From a candidate division FCPU426 bacterium (GTDB lineage Bacteria; Oederibacteriota; Muellerivitia; Muellerivitales; Muellerivitaceae): a stretch of 64,000 nucleotides of DNA. The notes under the pieces are model-generated. The model did not search any database, was not told the origin of the DNA, and saw only the letters and a program-made list of their open reading frames with translations. Location: NCBI GenBank assembly GCA_963719085.1, contig CAVRAL010000004.1, forward strand, positions 1,120,001-1,184,000. Direction: 5' to 3'. Below are positions 30,111 to 39,254 of the stretch, piece by piece. The first letter of the stretch is position 1; every line of letters starts with the position of its first letter. Made by a program: the position numbers and the translations under genes.

Positions 30111-31379
30111 TTATGAGGTTTTTCTAAGGATATATATTTTCTTATAAGTGCCTAAGTAATCCTCTGGGCAAATTATTTTGTATCCATTTTTTCTTAATTC
30201 CAATTCAACTAAATAGTAAGTAATGGAAAACAAGCGCTTCTGAATTTCAAGCCATTCATTTTCATTTAATGTTTTTCCGTCCAAATGTTTTTGTTTGTAA
30301 ATATCAACCAGTCCAAGTTCTGGAACATAATTAAAGTCATCAAAATCAACGTTGTTGCAAATTTGATTGCCTTCATCAGGTCGGCCACCAAGCCAATGTT
30401 TAAATTCGTTATCGGTTACAAAAAACGGTTGAGATAAACTAGTTCTTACATCTTCGATCCACGGATCATTTATTTTGCTATATGTGGCTGAATCAACACC
30501 TAAACTTTCACACATGTTCAGAATAGTAGCGCCTCTGCTTCTCAAATCTGTTAAGTTGCCAATTGCCTTATCTATTCCTAGCGGAATTGGATAAAAAGCG
30601 GGTTTGCAAAGAAGCGCCTTCGGAAGTTGAGATAGTAATGGTGGAAGTGTATGTAATGTTGAAATCGGTGAAATTTGTTGATGTATTTGAGTGACAGGGT
30701 GTGTATTTTTTTCTGTTCTGGATCTGTTTAAGAAAAAGTAAAAAATATTTCCAAATAAAATTATTGATAATATAAAAACGGTTCTTCGATTGATCATTTT
30801 GAAAATAATGGCTTTTTGTTTTGGCTCCAGCTCGTGATTTCGATCATATTCCATAAGATCTCGCGGGTTGAAATTTTTGACTTCTACGGTTTCGTTGTAT
30901 ATTTTGGTTAAAGAGTTCCTATAAAAATCAAATAATCGTAAAAGCTTTTCTGCATCGGGCTTTGTTGAAAGTGGGTCCAGTGAGCCACCCTGAAGCAAGA
31001 ATTTTTTTTGCTCCTCTTCTCCCAAGGCCATTTTTAAAGCAACTGCAACCAGATATCTCCAATCTTGCATTTCACTTAGAGCAATACGATATTTTGTCGT
31101 AGGGTTTATGAAAGTTGGTAAATAAAGCCGGATTTTTAAATTTTCATCAATTCTTTTGTAAATGAAGCTTTTAAATGCCATTAGGGGTGTTGTATCGGCA
31201 TTTGATTTATTTCTAATCTTCCTAATTACTAAAGCCATCCAGTGAAATAAAAGAACAACACAAATACCAATAATCCCGGTCCCAATAGCTTTGACATATT
31301 GTGCATCTATCATTTGAACACCTGTTGCCAAACCGAAAAATATGACAAGTAAGTATTCAAAGTACGGTATTTCAGGCAT
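30111..31379 (-). CDS. AT-rich hypothetical membrane protein
   Basis: 422-codon ORF; two N-terminal hydrophobic helices plus a central one; composition far more AT-rich than flanks. Confidence 0.65.
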   Translation of the reverse strand: MPEIPYFEYLLVIFFGLATGVQMIDAQYVKAIGTGIIGICVVLLFHWMALVIRKIRNKSNADTTPLMAFKSFIYKRIDENLKIRLYLPTFINPTTKYRIALSEMQDWRYLVAVALKMALGEEEQKKFLLQGGSLDPLSTKPDAEKLLRLFDFYRNSLTKIYNETVEVKNFNPRDLMEYDRNHELEPKQKAIIFKMINRRTVFILSIILFGNIFYFFLNRSRTEKNTHPVTQIHQQISPISTLHTLPPLLSQLPKALLCKPAFYPIPLGIDKAIGNLTDLRSRGATILNMCESLGVDSATYSKINDPWIEDVRTSLSQPFFVTDNEFKHWLGGRPDEGNQICNNVDFDDFNYVPELGLVDIYKQKHLDGKTLNENEWLEIQKRLFSITYYLVELELRKNGYKIICPEDYLGTYKKIYILRKTS

Positions 31380-31600
31380 GTGTCATTGTATCCAATCGGA
31401 TTAATCGCGATTAAAAACAGGAATACTTATGATCTCTTGAACCCAAGCGATTAGTGGTTTCAAATACTATCTGCGCATTCGAGTATACAATTTCCCCTTA
31501 GCCCTGTTTTAAATTGAATAAAGGCGTTTTTTTGGCCTGTGGTGTAAAATAATCTTACGCTTTTTGAACCTCTAACCGGATAGGTCCCTTGAAAAAAACC

Positions 31601-31966
31601 ATGCTTAAAAAAGAAGACTGGGGCCTTCTGACCATCACGGCTTTGCTTTCGACTTTTGTTTTCCCTCCCTACTTCATTTACATCATGACCATGGCGGCCT
31701 TGACCGAGTTCGCCCATCTTTGGACCACGCGGCTTTCCCGGGAAGAGCAGGAGACTTTCATCGAGTTCGAGAAAGAATTCCGCAAAGGCTACAAACTGGA
31801 AAAAGCTGGGGAATGGAAGGCCGCGATTCAGTGGTATCAAAAACTGGAAAAACGTTATTCCGACCTGCCCCAAGCCAGCAAACTCGCCACGCTTCAAATC
31901 CGCAAGCTCCGTTCCGCCAAGAAACCCAAGGGCGCGCCGCCGGTCAAAAAGGGAAAACCGTCATGA
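31601..31966 (+). CDS. Small membrane protein with TPR-like helix pair
   Basis: N-terminal hydrophobic segment; [20 protein letters not shown]; stop overlaps next ATG (ATGA). Confidence 0.65.
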   Translation: MLKKEDWGLLTITALLSTFVFPPYFIYIMTMAALTEFAHLWTTRLSREEQETFIEFEKEFRKGYKLEKAGEWKAAIQWYQKLEKRYSDLPQASKLATLQIRKLRSAKKPKGAPPVKKGKPS

Positions 31967-33858
31967 TGATCGCCCTTGTTTGCCGGGAATGCGGCCAGCC
32001 TTTGGAAGAGGCGAATCGGTTTTGTCCCGTTTGCGGGGCGCCCCGGGAACCCGTGGAGCGCCAAACTTACGAAGGCATCGAGGCTTTTGAGCAGGGGGAA
32101 TACGACAAGGCGCTGTCCCTTTTCAAAGGTGTGGCTAAAAAGCAAAACTTAAGCGCTTTCGCGCTGCGTGATGTGGGGCACGCCGCTTTTCACCTTCAGG
32201 ATGACAATCTGGCCCTGGATTATTACGAGCGGGCGCTTCAGGTTTACAAAAACCTTCTCGACGTCCATTTCAATGTGGGCCTCATCCATATGCGCCGGGG
32301 CCATGTCAATGACGCCATGTTCTCCTTTTTGGAAACGCTTCAACTGATCCACGCGCTCACGCCCGGCAGTTATTACCTGGGGCTTTTTCACACGGCGGAA
32401 ACCTTGACGCTTCAATGCCGGCTGAACTTGGGGATGCTTTTCAAGGAGCAGGGCGAGCTGGAGAAGGCGCTTGACCAATACCGGCTCATTTTAGAGAGCC
32501 ATCCGAAGAATGTGCTGGCCTTAGGCAATCTGGGCGACGCTTTAATGACTTTGGAGCGCTACGAGGAAGCGATTAAAACCTTTAAGAAGGCCCTCAAGAT
32601 CCTTCCCGAAAGCGACGAGAGGCTGAACCTCCAAAATGATTTGGGCGTGTCTTATTTCAAAAAGGGCGAGATTGAGAACGCCATCGTGGAATTTAAGGCG
32701 GTATTGAAGAAAAACCCCGACCATGTGAACGCCATCTACAACTTAGGCCAGGTTTATTATCACGAAGGGCTGACGGGCCGGATGAAGAAAGACTACGAGG
32801 AATTCGTGAAATCGTCCAAGGACGCGGCCTCGATTCTTTTCGCCCTCTCGAAATCCATGGTGTCGGTGGCCGCGGACGCCGAAAGGAACCGGGTGCAGGA
32901 TGATCCCGCCCTTATCGGCAACAGCACGGAGATGAAAAAAATACACGACCTCATTAAGCGGGCCGCCGCCAGTGACGCGACCGTGCTCATCCTGGGGGAA
33001 AACGGAACGGGAAAAGAACTGGTGGCCAAGGCCATCCACCAACAGTCCAACCGCTATGACAAACCCTTCATTCCCATCGCCTGCTCGGCCTTGAGCGAGT
33101 CGCTTTTGGAAAGCGAGCTTTTCGGGCATGAGAAGGGCTCTTTCACCGGGGCCATCGGGCAAAAGATGGGAAAGTTTGAGGCGGCGAACCACGGGTCGGT
33201 TTTTTTGGATGAGATCGGGGAAATCTCGCTGTCCACCCAGGTCAAACTGCTTCGGGTTTTGCAAGAGAGGGAATTTGAAAGGGTGGGAGGGACGGAGCCC
33301 TTGAAGGTGGATATCCGGGTGATCGCGGCTACCAACCGCGACTTGAAGCAGGCCATCAAGGCTGAACGGTTCCGGGAAGATCTTTATTACCGCTTGAACG
33401 TTATTGTGATTGAGCCCCCGCCGCTTCGGCGCCGGGAAGGCGATTTGCCCTTGCTCATCCGTTATTTTATCGACCGGCAGAAAACCAAGCGCTCCACGCG
33501 GTTTGAGGGGGCTTCCGAGGCGGCCTTGAAGATCATGGAAAATTACGCCTGGCCCGGCAACGTGCGGGAGCTTGAAAATGTGATTGAGCGCATCCTCACC
33601 TTAAATGACGATGTGCTGATTAAGCCGGAGCATTTGCCCGAGGAAATGATGGGCAAAAAGCCCCAGGATTCGCCCGAGACAAGAATCGCGACCGGGGTTT
33701 TGCCGGGCTCCAGCGTGTTGGAGTCAGTGGAACGGGAAATGATCGCCCGCGTTCTCAAGGAATCGGACTTCAATAAGAAACAGGCGGCGGTACGATTGGG
33801 CATCAGCCGGCCCACGCTTTATCAAAAGATCCGAAAATACGGGATTGAAGTTCCATAA
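31963..33858 (+). CDS. Sigma54-dependent enhancer-binding protein with N-terminal zinc ribbon and TPR repeats
   Basis: CRECG..CPVCG; several TPRs; [46 protein letters not shown]; Fis-type [15 protein letters not shown]. Confidence 0.92.
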   Translation: MMIALVCRECGQPLEEANRFCPVCGAPREPVERQTYEGIEAFEQGEYDKALSLFKGVAKKQNLSAFALRDVGHAAFHLQDDNLALDYYERALQVYKNLLDVHFNVGLIHMRRGHVNDAMFSFLETLQLIHALTPGSYYLGLFHTAETLTLQCRLNLGMLFKEQGELEKALDQYRLILESHPKNVLALGNLGDALMTLERYEEAIKTFKKALKILPESDERLNLQNDLGVSYFKKGEIENAIVEFKAVLKKNPDHVNAIYNLGQVYYHEGLTGRMKKDYEEFVKSSKDAASILFALSKSMVSVAADAERNRVQDDPALIGNSTEMKKIHDLIKRAAASDATVLILGENGTGKELVAKAIHQQSNRYDKPFIPIACSALSESLLESELFGHEKGSFTGAIGQKMGKFEAANHGSVFLDEIGEISLSTQVKLLRVLQEREFERVGGTEPLKVDIRVIAATNRDLKQAIKAERFREDLYYRLNVIVIEPPPLRRREGDLPLLIRYFIDRQKTKRSTRFEGASEAALKIMENYAWPGNVRELENVIERILTLNDDVLIKPEHLPEEMMGKKPQDSPETRIATGVLPGSSVLESVEREMIARVLKESDFNKKQAAVRLGISRPTLYQKIRKYGIEVP

Positions 33859-33905
33859 ACGGAATAACCATTTAGGAATGAAGCCTGGAGTATGATTCGA
33901 TCGAG

Positions 33906-33966
33906 TGTAAACTAATTGAACAGTGTAAATATATTGTGTAAATTATATTTACAAATCTGATTTACA
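33906..33966. promoter_or_regulatory. Putative upstream activator sites for a sigma54 activator
   Basis: TGTAAA-N5-TGAACA (33906-33922) and perfect TGTAAA-N5-TTTACA (33937-33953), 31 bp apart; extra half sites at 33924 and 33961. Confidence 0.65.
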
Positions 33967-34025
33967 CGGGAAGGGATAAGTCAAATAAAGGGCCCTTTTT
34001 AAAGGCTTATCAAAAACCCCGCTTT

Positions 34026-34041
34026 TGGCATATCCCTTGCT
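34026..34041 (+). promoter_or_regulatory. Sigma54 (-24/-12) promoter
   Basis: TGGCATATCCCTTGCT: GG-N10-GC with consensus TGGCA and TTGC. Confidence 0.85.
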
Positions 34042-34050
34042 TATTAGTGG

Positions 34051-34138
34051 TACATCCGTGAGAGCGGAGTAGCCTTTTAACGAACCAAACCATTCTCACC
34101 TCCTTAGAGCCTCGGTCTTGACCCACCGGGGCTTTTTT
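34051..34138 (+). ncRNA. Putative sigma54-dependent small RNA (~88 nt) with anti-Shine-Dalgarno tract
   Basis: Starts ~12 nt after the -12 element; 5' hairpin TAC(A)TCCG-TGAGAG-CGGAGTA; unpaired TCACCTCCTTA; intrinsic terminator; no plausible ORF. Confidence 0.7.
34108..34138 (+). terminator. Intrinsic terminator of the putative sRNA
   Basis: AGCCTCGGT-8 nt loop-ACCGGGGCT + T tract. Confidence 0.8.
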
Positions 34139-34176
34139 ATTGCCAAAATTCACCTTTTTACATAGTGGCAAATCCA

Positions 34177-34284
34177 TTCACCGCACACGCCAAGGGCGCC
34201 AAGAAACCCATTGGCCGGATTGGTTTTTGGAGGATTTCAACCATTGCTTTTTTGTCTTGGCGAACTTGGCGTCTTGGCGGTGAA
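34177..34284. repeat. Palindromic repeat, CGCCAAG family
   Basis: TTCACCGCACACGCCAAGGGCGCCAAG ... CTTGGCGAACTTGGCGTCTTGGCGGTGAA. Confidence 0.8.
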
Positions 34285-34379
34285 ATTGTTTAGGCTTTAG
34301 CTCGTTTTTAGCCCCTGCTTGAGTTTCTTCTGTTGTGTTATCCTAGGCTTTGCCGCTTAAAACGCCTTGGAGGACACCC

Positions 34380-35450
34380 CTGAACGCCTACTGGATTATC
34401 CTTCTCATCTCCGCCGTGCTTTCCCTGGGGCTGACCCCCCTCTTTCGAAAAATCGCCCTTCGCACCAACTTCGTGGACAGCCCCAGCGGGCAGCTCAAAC
34501 GCCATACGGCCCCGGTGCCTTATTTGGGCGGGCTTGCCGTTTATTTCGCCTTTCTGTTGACCCTTTTTGGGGCCATCATTTTCTTATCCCCGGCGGACAC
34601 GCCCAAGATTTTGGCGGTGATTTTTGGGGGAACGATCATGGCCATCCTGGGGTTGGCGGATGATCTATTCTTTTTGAAGCCCGGTTTGAAGTTTTTAGTC
34701 CAGTTTGTGGCGGCGGCCTGCCTGATTATTTTCGGGGTCCATATCAAATTTATCTTTAACCCCTGGCTGGATTGGGTGATCACCCTTCTTTGGGTGGTGG
34801 GCGTCACCAACGCTTTGAACCTGATCGACATCATGGACGGGCTGGCCGGCGGCGTGACGGTCTTGGCGGCCCTGGCTTTTGTTTTCGTGCCTTTGGGCGG
34901 GGAACCCAACTACGTCAATTTGGTGGCGGCGGCCTTGGCGGGCAGCGCCTTGGGCTTTCTTCCTTATAACTACCAACCCGCTAAAATTTATCTCGGGGAT
35001 TCCGGGGCGCTCTTCATCGGGTTCGTCCTGGCCAGCGTGGCGATGGGCGAGAGCTATACCCAAACCAACGTGGTTTCTTTGGCCGCGCCGATTTTGATCC
35101 TGGGCATCCCGATTTACGACACCATTCTGGTGATGTTCCTGCGGTTCCTTAAAGGCAAGTCGATGTTCCAGGGTTCGCACGATCACCTGGCTTTGCGGCT
35201 TCGGTTTTTGGGAATGAGCGTGAAACAGGTGGTGCATTCGCTTTGGGGGTTGACCCTCCTTTGCTGCGGGGCGGCTTTCTTTTTGATCCGCCTGAGCGAA
35301 AAGCGCGCCTTTGTTTTTCTGCTGGCCTTTTTTTTCGCCGCCACCCTCTGGACCCTTTTTGTCGCCATGATCCCGATTGACGGGCCGGGAATGCGCGTGC
35401 CGGCAGCCAAGAAAAAGAAACCGCGAACCGCTCCGAAGTCCAAACGATGA
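34380..35450 (+). CDS. MraY/WecA-family undecaprenyl-phosphate GlcNAc-1-phosphate transferase
   Basis: PVPYLGGLA, GLADD, NALNLIDIMDGL, IYLGDSG, DHL; multi-TM; start CTG 34380 (after GGAGG) or TTG 34350. Confidence 0.9.
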   Translation: MNAYWIILLISAVLSLGLTPLFRKIALRTNFVDSPSGQLKRHTAPVPYLGGLAVYFAFLLTLFGAIIFLSPADTPKILAVIFGGTIMAILGLADDLFFLKPGLKFLVQFVAAACLIIFGVHIKFIFNPWLDWVITLLWVVGVTNALNLIDIMDGLAGGVTVLAALAFVFVPLGGEPNYVNLVAAALAGSALGFLPYNYQPAKIYLGDSGALFIGFVLASVAMGESYTQTNVVSLAAPILILGIPIYDTILVMFLRFLKGKSMFQGSHDHLALRLRFLGMSVKQVVHSLWGLTLLCCGAAFFLIRLSEKRAFVFLLAFFFAATLWTLFVAMIPIDGPGMRVPAAKKKKPRTAPKSKR

Positions 35451-36757
35451 AGGCTCCTATTCTCATCGCCGGCGGCGGATTGGCCGGGCTGGCCTGCGCG
35501 CGGGAATTGCACCAAGCCGGGAAAACCTATCTTTTGGCCGAGCGCGAAAGTCAAATCGGCGGCCTTTGCCGCACGATTCAAACCCGGGGGTTTAGCTTCG
35601 ATTACACCGGCCACTTTCTCCATTTCAACAAACCCGAGATGAAAGCGTGGGTGTTGAAATTGATGGGCGATCAGTTGAAGACGCGGAATCGGCACGCGGC
35701 CATCTATAGCGAAGGCGCCTATACCGAGTACCCCTACCAAGAAAATAACGCGGGACTCAAACCCGAAACCGCCCGGGAAAATGTTTTGGGTTACCTGGAG
35801 GCGGTCCTGCGGCGGAAGTTCCAGGGCGTGGATCCGGCGGAGGCCAAGGATTTTAAAACCTGGTGCCTTCAAACCTTGGGGCCGGGCCTGTCGAAAAATT
35901 TTATGTTCCCCTACAACGCGAAGCTTTGGAAGTTCCCCCTCGATCGTTTGACTCCCCGTTGGATGGGAAGGTTCGTCCCGTCCTCCCGGGTGGGGGAAGT
36001 GGTGCGGGGCGCTTTTCATCGGGAAAAGTCCGAGTCTGGTTACAACGCCACTTTTCTTTATCCCGAAAAGGGAGGCATCTCGGCCCTGCCAAAGGCCCTG
36101 GCCCATGGCCTTCCCAACCTTTGGATCGGCGCGGGGTTGAAGTCCCTCGATTTGTCCCGCCGGAGGGCCGTTTTGGAGGGCGGACTTGAGGTGGAATATG
36201 ATCGGTTGGTTTCAAGCCTTCCCTTGCCCAGCCTTTTAAAACTTTCCGCCGGGATTCCCGCGCGACTGCGCCGGTCGGCGGCGGCTTTAAAGGCCACCTC
36301 CATCTACAACATTAATTTTGGGTTTAAGGGCCGCCAGCCGGTTCCTTACAGCTGGGTTTATTTTCCGGGAAAAGAATTTTTGTTCCACCGCGCCGGCTCG
36401 GTCAGCGCCTGTGTGCCGGGAATGGTTCCGCCGGACCATTTTTCCCTGTATGTGGAGTTTTCTTATGGTCCCGGCCAAAGGCCCAACCCGGCCGCGATGG
36501 GGCGGCACGCGTTTGAAAAATTGAAGGCCTTGGGCTGGGTGAAATCGTTAAAGGATTTGGCGGTTCGGGTGGACCTAAACCTGCCCGGGGCCTATGTCAT
36601 TTACGATGAGGATCGGGAAAGCGTCTTGGGGGAACTAAGCCGCTTTTTGACCAGGCAAGGGGTCCAATCCATGGGGCGTTATGGCCGCTGGGAATATGGC
36701 AGTATGGAAAGCGCCATGGACCAGGGCCGCCAAGCGGCCCAGGTTTTGATCCAATAG
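35447..36757 (+). CDS. FAD-dependent oxidoreductase (protoporphyrinogen oxidase/UDP-galactopyranose mutase-like)
   Basis: IAGGGLAGL, GGLCRT, FDYTGHFLH, PYNAKLW, GRYGRWEY. Confidence 0.8.
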   Translation: MKAPILIAGGGLAGLACARELHQAGKTYLLAERESQIGGLCRTIQTRGFSFDYTGHFLHFNKPEMKAWVLKLMGDQLKTRNRHAAIYSEGAYTEYPYQENNAGLKPETARENVLGYLEAVLRRKFQGVDPAEAKDFKTWCLQTLGPGLSKNFMFPYNAKLWKFPLDRLTPRWMGRFVPSSRVGEVVRGAFHREKSESGYNATFLYPEKGGISALPKALAHGLPNLWIGAGLKSLDLSRRRAVLEGGLEVEYDRLVSSLPLPSLLKLSAGIPARLRRSAAALKATSIYNINFGFKGRQPVPYSWVYFPGKEFLFHRAGSVSACVPGMVPPDHFSLYVEFSYGPGQRPNPAAMGRHAFEKLKALGWVKSLKDLAVRVDLNLPGAYVIYDEDRESVLGELSRFLTRQGVQSMGRYGRWEYGSMESAMDQGRQAAQVLIQ

Positions 36758-36845
36758 GCCCGGCGGGAAGCCGCTTTTCAGTTTTCCCGTGTATAATGCG
36801 GGACAAGTCGCCGGTTAAACTCAGCCTCTTAAATTAGGGAACCGC

Positions 36846-37295
36846 ATGGCCGCCATCGATATCGACTCCATTAAAAACTTAAGCCTTTTCAAGGACCTCG
36901 CGCCCGCCGAGCTGGAAAACTTATCCACCCTCATTTTTGAGAAAAATTATTCGAAGGGCTCCACGCTTTTCGTGGAAGGGATGACCGGCGAGGTGCTTTA
37001 CCTGGTTAAAAGCGGCTCCGTGCAGATCCTCAAAAAACTCGACAATCACCAGGAAACCGCCTTGGCCACCTTGAAAGCCGGGGAGTTCTTGGGTGAAATG
37101 TCCTTGATCGATAATCGGCCCCGCACCGCTACCGCCCGGGTCGCCGAGGAATCAGTGCTTTTGGTCATGACCAAAAAGGCGTTCAACGCCATGATGGAAA
37201 AACATCCTTCGGTGGCCTTGAAAGTATTGTTGGTTTTCCTCAAAGTGGCCAACGAGCGGGTCCGCAAGGCCAACGAGGCCTTCAAGCAAATTTAG
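36846..37295 (+). CDS. Stand-alone cyclic nucleotide-binding domain protein
   Basis: LFVEG..GEVLYLV, GEFLGEMSLIDNRPRTATA; no HTH. Confidence 0.88.
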   Translation: MAAIDIDSIKNLSLFKDLAPAELENLSTLIFEKNYSKGSTLFVEGMTGEVLYLVKSGSVQILKKLDNHQETALATLKAGEFLGEMSLIDNRPRTATARVAEESVLLVMTKKAFNAMMEKHPSVALKVLLVFLKVANERVRKANEAFKQI

Positions 37296-37315
37296 AAATG
37301 CCCAAAGAAGAGGCA

Positions 37316-37484
37316 TTTAGCAGTGATGTCCCGGGGCTCCCTACTGGTGTTAAGGATGCCCGGGACAATGTCGCCGTCCACTGTTTATATTTATATAGGG
37401 AAAGGCGACGCGAACGCCGATGAAAAATCTTCAATTTTTGTTTTTTCTTCAAAATCGGCGTTTATCCGCGTTCATCATTGTAAA
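37316..37484. repeat. Composite palindromic repeat (ACAATGATG family with cassette, opposite orientation)
   Basis: GCAGTGATG [TCCCGGG..CCCGGGA] CAAT [GTCGCC..GGCGAC] GCGAACGCCGAT..ATCGGCGTTTATCCGCGTTCATCATTGTAAA. Confidence 0.8.
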
Positions 37485-37526
37485 AAGATTGATTTTTGAA
37501 TTTTAGTCTTTGAAACGGCGAATCCC

Positions 37527-39254
37527 ATGAAATCTCATCTCCTGTCTTCATTTTCCCTGCTCGTGGTTTTGGCGTTGCTGGCCCCCCTTCGGGCCGCCGC
37601 CGACACCTTTGATCCGGATGAATCCGCGATCGAAAACCAGGCGCGGGCCTATTGGCACTACGCCTGCGGTTTGGAAGCCCAGGCCCAAAACGACGACTCC
37701 CGGGCCATGGCGGAGTTTGAGGAAGCTTCCCGGATGGATCCCAATTCTCCCGCCGTCCACAACCGGCTGGCTTTTCATTACTACCAGCAAGGCCTCAACT
37801 ACAAAAGCGAGGAAGAGTTCCGCAAGTCGATCGAACTGGACCCTTCCAATATTGACAACCGGCTGCTTCTGGCCAGCCTTCTGGGAAGCCAGGGGGAATA
37901 TGGCAAGGCGGAAAACCAATACACCGCGATCTTGAAGCTGGACCCGAAAAACTTGGAAGCGCGTTATTACCTGGCCGGCATCTACGCGTCCGAAAACCGC
38001 TACGAGGAAGCCCTGGATAAATACGAGGACATCCTCAAGGACAATCCGAAGGCCGCGGGGGTTTATTACAGTATCGGCCTTCTTTTTATCCGCAAAAACG
38101 ACTCGGCCCAGGCCGAGGGGGCTTTTCAGAGGGCCATCAGCATCGATCCCACCCTGGTGGAAGCCTACAGTTCCTTAGGGCTGGTTTATGAATTGGACCA
38201 AAAGCCCGCCCAAGCCATCGACACTTATCTGGCGCTGCTCAAGATCAAGCCCGATCAAGCCACGGTTTATGAGTCCTTGGGCGAGCTTTATTACAATTCC
38301 AATCAAGACCAAAAGGCCATTGAGGCTTTCCAGAACTATGTCCGGCTCAAGCCCGAGGATCCCTCCATCCAGGACTATATCGGCGTCTGTTCTTACCGCT
38401 TGAAGGACTACGCGGGGGCCGTCAAGGCCTTCCAAACTTTATTGGACGCCCAACCCACCAACGATTTGGTGCGCTACCGCTTGGCGGCCACCGAGGAGGA
38501 AATGGATCTGGACGACGAAGCTATCGCCCAATTGAAGATGATCCTGGACCATGACCCGAAAAATACCGACGCTTGGTACCAAATGGTCCTGATTTATCAC
38601 AAGCAAAAGAAAGAGGACCTGTTGACCCAAACGCTTTTAAGCGGGCTCAAGGCCAATCCCGAGAGCGAGGACCTGATCCTGCTCCAGGCGTCCCTGGCCA
38701 ATGAAAAGGGCGACCTGAAGGCGGCGGAAGCCGGTTATCGAAAGACCATTCAACTGGATCCCAAAAACAGCCAGGCCTATTTTTATCTGGGATCGCTTTT
38801 GGACCAGGAAGGCCAATTCAGCGACGCCATGGACCTGATGAAAAAGGTGATCCAACTTCAGCCGGACGACGCCGAGGCTTTCAATTACATCGGTTATTCC
38901 TACGCCGACAAAAACCAAAATCTGGATGAGGCTCAAAAAGACGTGGAACAGGCGCTGAAGCTGGATCCGAACAACGCCTATTACCTGGACAGCCTGGGCT
39001 GGGTTTTTTACCGCAAGAACGATCTTTCCACGGCCAAAGAAAAGTTCGAGCTCGCCATCGCCCAATTGGGCCCCCAGGCCCAGGAAGCCAACAAGGATGA
39101 CGCCATCATTTTCGACCACCTAGCCCATGTGCTGGTGAGGATGGGGGACAAGATCGAGGCCCAAACCCAATTAAAGAAGGCGTTGGAACTGGATCCCACG
39201 AACAAGGATTTCCTCAACGACCAATCCAAACTGGACTCCACCAATTCCTTGTGA
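37527..39254 (+). CDS. Exported tetratricopeptide repeat protein
   Basis: Signal peptide; many TPRs; NYIGYSYAD, YLDSLGWVFY, typical of the TPR gene upstream of ispE. Confidence 0.9.
   Translation: MKSHLLSSFSLLVVLALLAPLRAAADTFDPDESAIENQARAYWHYACGLEAQAQNDDSRAMAEFEEASRMDPNSPAVHNRLAFHYYQQGLNYKSEEEFRKSIELDPSNIDNRLLLASLLGSQGEYGKAENQYTAILKLDPKNLEARYYLAGIYASENRYEEALDKYEDILKDNPKAAGVYYSIGLLFIRKNDSAQAEGAFQRAISIDPTLVEAYSSLGLVYELDQKPAQAIDTYLALLKIKPDQATVYESLGELYYNSNQDQKAIEAFQNYVRLKPEDPSIQDYIGVCSYRLKDYAGAVKAFQTLLDAQPTNDLVRYRLAATEEEMDLDDEAIAQLKMILDHDPKNTDAWYQMVLIYHKQKKEDLLTQTLLSGLKANPESEDLILLQASLANEKGDLKAAEAGYRKTIQLDPKNSQAYFYLGSLLDQEGQFSDAMDLMKKVIQLQPDDAEAFNYIGYSYADKNQNLDEAQKDVEQALKLDPNNAYYLDSLGWVFYRKNDLSTAKEKFELAIAQLGPQAQEANKDDAIIFDHLAHVLVRMGDKIEAQTQLKKALELDPTNKDFLNDQSKLDSTNSL

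Noticed and set aside
31720..31962. 81-aa N-terminal extension of the sigma54 activator in the ORF track
   Set aside because: It overlaps the upstream gene out of frame; the ATGA-coupled start at 31963 directly precedes the zinc ribbon.
33937..33953. TyrR box
   Set aside because: Spacer is 5 nt, not the 6 nt of TGTAAA-N6-TTTACA; kept only as a generic activator site.
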